Shown here one piece after another: positions 60,935-64,000 of a stretch of 64,000 bases of DNA. The position numbers and the translations under genes are program-made. The stretch's first letter is position 1. Every line of letters begins with the position of its first letter. Origin of the DNA: an uncultured delta proteobacterium. Its GTDB lineage: Bacteria; Bdellovibrionota; FAC87; UBA2466. The notes below the pieces were generated by a model. It had not been told where the DNA came from. It made no database searches and was given only the letters and a program-made list of their open reading frames with translations. The stretch lies in contig CAVZSV010000004.1 of assembly GCA_963778115.1 (NCBI GenBank), forward strand, positions 768,001-832,000, in the 5' to 3' direction.

Positions 60935-62023
60935 TTAGCAGGGGAGTTCGTATCGCGTATTTGAGTGAGGGCAAAAAGGAGACTTCTCAATCTGCTCTAT
61001 TGTCTCCAGCACCACCGACTCCGCATCCATTCGCCCCCTGTCCATCGCTTCCCGTAACCTCGCATCTCCCGTCACCGTCATCGCAATCAACGCATTTCTC
61101 CTCAATCCCCCCCGTTTTGCTCTAGTTAACGGCGTTCCCCCGAACCACGTTTCATATTGATTTTGATCCATCACCGCTATTTCATACAGGGATGGTTCCT
61201 TTATCCTCGAAAAGGAATCCGAAAGCATTGGCAAATCCTTTCCCCGATTATAGGGACAAGCCAACTGGCAAAGATCACATCCAAAATAGTAAGTCTTTAA
61301 CCAAGGCCAAAACTTTTCTGGAATAGTCCCTCGGTGTTCGATCGTCCAATAAGCTAAGCAGAGTTTGGAGTCTATGGAATAGTCGGTATTTAGCGCTCCC
61401 GTCGGACAATTGACTTGGCAGCGATCGCATTTTCCGCATCCGCCTTCGGGTAGATGTTGGTAAGGATCCACTCGAGCCGCTTCATCGAAAGGAATTTCAG
61501 CCGAGGTTAAAATCTCGCCTAGAAGATAAAAGCTGCCCTTTTCCGGATGAATGTAACAAGTGTTCTTGCCGATAAATCCCTGTTGGGTATTTGAAGCAAA
61601 GCTTCGTTCTAGCAAAGGGGCGGAATCGATGGCTACTCTGAAAACATCCACCGGGTAGAGCTCCTTTAATCCTTCGATCACCTCGAGCGCCCGCGTTCGC
61701 ATCTCTCGGTGGTAATCTCTAAACCGAGCGTATTGGGCAATTCGAGGAACGCCGTCCTTTAGGACTTGTTCTAACGTTTCCCCTTGAAAATAAGGTAACC
61801 CGAAGGCGAGAACGCTTTTTGCCCCTTTCAACAAAAGTGCGGGTTGTTCCCGGAATTGCGCATTCTTTTCTAGAAAAGTCATTCCCGCGTGTCGGCCTTC
61901 ATTCAGCCACCATCGAAATCGCTCGTACGCCTGTTGGGATCGGGTCGCCGTCACCCCAAAGAGCGTCAACTCAACTGAGCAAAAGAGCCTCTCAATAGCT
62001 TCGCGAGAAGACAATTTTATCAC
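60935..62023 (-). CDS. queG: Epoxyqueuosine reductase
   Basis: IAQYA..RDYH, DSAPLLER, GFIGKN, CGKCDRCQVNCPTGA, GCDLCQLACPYN. Confidence 0.95.
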   Translation of the reverse strand: MIKLSSREAIERLFCSVELTLFGVTATRSQQAYERFRWWLNEGRHAGMTFLEKNAQFREQPALLLKGAKSVLAFGLPYFQGETLEQVLKDGVPRIAQYARFRDYHREMRTRALEVIEGLKELYPVDVFRVAIDSAPLLERSFASNTQQGFIGKNTCYIHPEKGSFYLLGEILTSAEIPFDEAARVDPYQHLPEGGCGKCDRCQVNCPTGALNTDYSIDSKLCLAYWTIEHRGTIPEKFWPWLKTYYFGCDLCQLACPYNRGKDLPMLSDSFSRIKEPSLYEIAVMDQNQYETWFGGTPLTRAKRGGLRRNALIAMTVTGDARLREAMDRGRMDAESVVLETIEQIEKSPFCPHSNTRYELPC

Positions 62024-64000
62024 CCTTCAGATTCAGGAGGTTTTCGGCGGTCAGGAATGGCGAAATGGAAAGTAGAGCCCCCTTCACCCTGGTGGGGTGC
62101 AACCCAAATTCTTCCCCCGTGACGCTCCAAGATCTTCTTACAAATCGCAAGCCCTATACCGGTTCCCGGATACTTTTCGCGAGTATGCAATCTCTGGAAG
62201 ATCACGAAAATGCGCTCCGCGTATTCTTGCGCGATTCCGATGCCGTTGTCTTTTATGGAAAAGCACCATTCTCTTCCTACTTTAGCGGCGGAGACTTCTA
62301 TCGTAGGTTTGTCGTGGCTTCTAAACTTAATCGCGTTGCCTAGTAGATTTTGAAACAATTGGACCAGCTGGGTACGATCAGCCATGATCGTAGGTAACCG
62401 TTGGCAGGAGATGCTCGCCTTACTTTCCTGAATAGCCGCTTCGAGATTGGCCACGGCCGTCTCAAATGCCACGTTTGAGTCGGTCATCCTAAAGATCTCT
62501 CCTCGAGATCCCACCCGAGAATAGGCCAACAGATCATCAATCAGGCCATACATTCTGGCGGCACCTTCTCGGGCAAATTGAAAATAGTCTACTGAGTCTT
62601 TATCTAACTTGCCGAGACATTTTCTCTCAAGAAGCTGCAGATAGCTGTTCACCATGCGAAGAGGTTCTTTGAGATCGTGTGATGCCACATAAGCAAACTG
62701 TTCTAATTCGGCATTAGAGCGGGCGAGTCTATCGGACTTACGTTTCAATTCGTCTTCTGCCTTTTTTCGCTCGGTAATATCTCGGGCAACCGCAAAGATA
62801 AACGACCCTCCTTCAAATTGAACGGCGGTAACACTGAGTTCGGCGGGAAAACGAGATCCGTCTTTCCTCACTAATTCCGTTTCAAACGGGGAGAGTCGAG
62901 TATTAAGAAGGTTCTCAAAGCGGTTTTCGAAACTCAATCCTCCGTCGTACGCTGGCTGAATATCTTGAAAACTCATCCCCAGAAGATCCGTTTCAGAAAA
63001 GCCAAGGCGCTCACAGGCGACTCGATTCACATAGAGGAACTTTTCCCCTCGACCATAAAGAAAATGGGCATCGTTGGCACTGTCGCTAATAAACTTAAAT
63101 CTTCTAAGTTCCTCTTCCGCCCGTCTTCGTTCGCTGACGTCGAGCATAGATCCCACCATTCGGGAGGGATCGCCAACGCCATCATGGACGATATAGCCTC
63201 GATCCACGACTCGAGCGTAAGTTCCATCTTTCCTCAAATAACGATACTCTTCCTTCCAATGGTGGTCCTTACGCGTAATGGAGTTGTGAATACTTTCTAC
63301 GACTCGTTTTCTGTCGTCAGGATGAATATTCTCATTCCACCAATTGATGTTTTTCTGGACCTCCTCTGGCTTATAGCCAAAGATGGTCTGTACGGCCATA
63401 TTTCTCTCGACGAGATTGGATTTGAGATCCCAATCCCATACACAGTCGTTGGTCGCGCGAGCCAACATTCGGTATCGGGCTTCACTGCTCTTTAGTTCGT
63501 CCATCAATTCGCGATAACGCTCCTCGCCCTCTTCCAAAGCCTGCTCGTATCGCTTCTGATCATCGATGTCGGTTAAAGTTCCAAACCAACGGACGATGTT
63601 TCCCTTTTTATCGCGTAATGGCGAACCTCTTACCAAGAACCATCGAAAAACTCCGTCGTTGCGCCGCAATCGGTACTGAATGTCTAGGGATTTGCCATGG
63701 CGCTTGCAGGACTCCCAACTCTCGATGGCAATAGGAAGATCTTCCGGATGGACCGCGTTGACCCACCCGTCACCGAAGCCTCGGGAAATGGGCCAACCCG
63801 TATAGGTATGCCAACGGGCACTTCCATAATCGACTTTACCAGTACTATCCGCCGTCCAAACGATTTGAGGAATCGCTTCCGCAAGTTGCCGATAGTACAT
63901 CTCGCTAGTTTCCGCCTGCTGACGAGCCTCGTGTTCTCGAATTCGCTCCGCTCTTTCAATCTCGCACTGGCGGCGCACCGTGATATCACGAGCAATTCCC
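62020..64000 (-). CDS. Multi-PAS sensor histidine kinase (5' end beyond window)
   Basis: Frame open to the edge (GIARDIT PAC motif), at least 3 PAS/PAC units, FAYVASHDLKEP H-box, GTGIGL G-box. Confidence 0.93.
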   Translation of the reverse strand, partial: GIARDITVRRQCEIERAERIREHEARQQAETSEMYYRQLAEAIPQIVWTADSTGKVDYGSARWHTYTGWPISRGFGDGWVNAVHPEDLPIAIESWESCKRHGKSLDIQYRLRRNDGVFRWFLVRGSPLRDKKGNIVRWFGTLTDIDDQKRYEQALEEGEERYRELMDELKSSEARYRMLARATNDCVWDWDLKSNLVERNMAVQTIFGYKPEEVQKNINWWNENIHPDDRKRVVESIHNSITRKDHHWKEEYRYLRKDGTYARVVDRGYIVHDGVGDPSRMVGSMLDVSERRRAEEELRRFKFISDSANDAHFLYGRGEKFLYVNRVACERLGFSETDLLGMSFQDIQPAYDGGLSFENRFENLLNTRLSPFETELVRKDGSRFPAELSVTAVQFEGGSFIFAVARDITERKKAEDELKRKSDRLARSNAELEQFAYVASHDLKEPLRMVNSYLQLLERKCLGKLDKDSVDYFQFAREGAARMYGLIDDLLAYSRVGSRGEIFRMTDSNVAFETAVANLEAAIQESKASISCQRLPTIMADRTQLVQLFQNLLGNAIKFRSHDKPTIEVSAAKVGREWCFSIKDNGIGIAQEYAERIFVIFQRLHTREKYPGTGIGLAICKKILERHGGRIWVAPHQGEGGSTFHFAIPDRRKPPESEG

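Overview
Gene-dense bacterial chromosomal window (~50% GC). Gene content and repeat types suggest a Bdellovibrionota/Oligoflexia-like organism; this is inference. Housekeeping content: delta-9 desaturase, OlsB-like GNAT, bcp, pyrF-pyrE, egtB-egtD, a TPP-riboswitch-led thiC-thiO-thiS-thiG-thiDE operon, pstS//pstCAB-phoU-phoB-phoR (split by an antisense rhomboid gene), ppk1 plus a SixA-like phosphatase, queG and a multi-PAS kinase. No rRNA, tRNA, CRISPR array or intact mobile element is visible. The most interesting content is a set of orphan exported proteins with alternative-sigma promoter matches: a ~2,950-aa protein split by a frameshift, with a Gly/Ala membrane-insertion-like block and sigma54 plus sigma28 matches; two tandem paralogs behind a sigma54 site; a secreted degenerate Fido/AvrB-like protein; a diheme protein; and an acidic N[AS]F-repeat protein spread over three frames. 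Also notable are a PHP phosphoesterase / GT21 glucosyltransferase / GH1 operon (candidate phosphorus-free glycolipid remodelling module) and two REPIN-like nested palindromes of one family. Several reading frames are repaired by single-base changes in short homopolymers, so sequencing indels may be present. All calls come from reading motifs by eye; no database searches were run.
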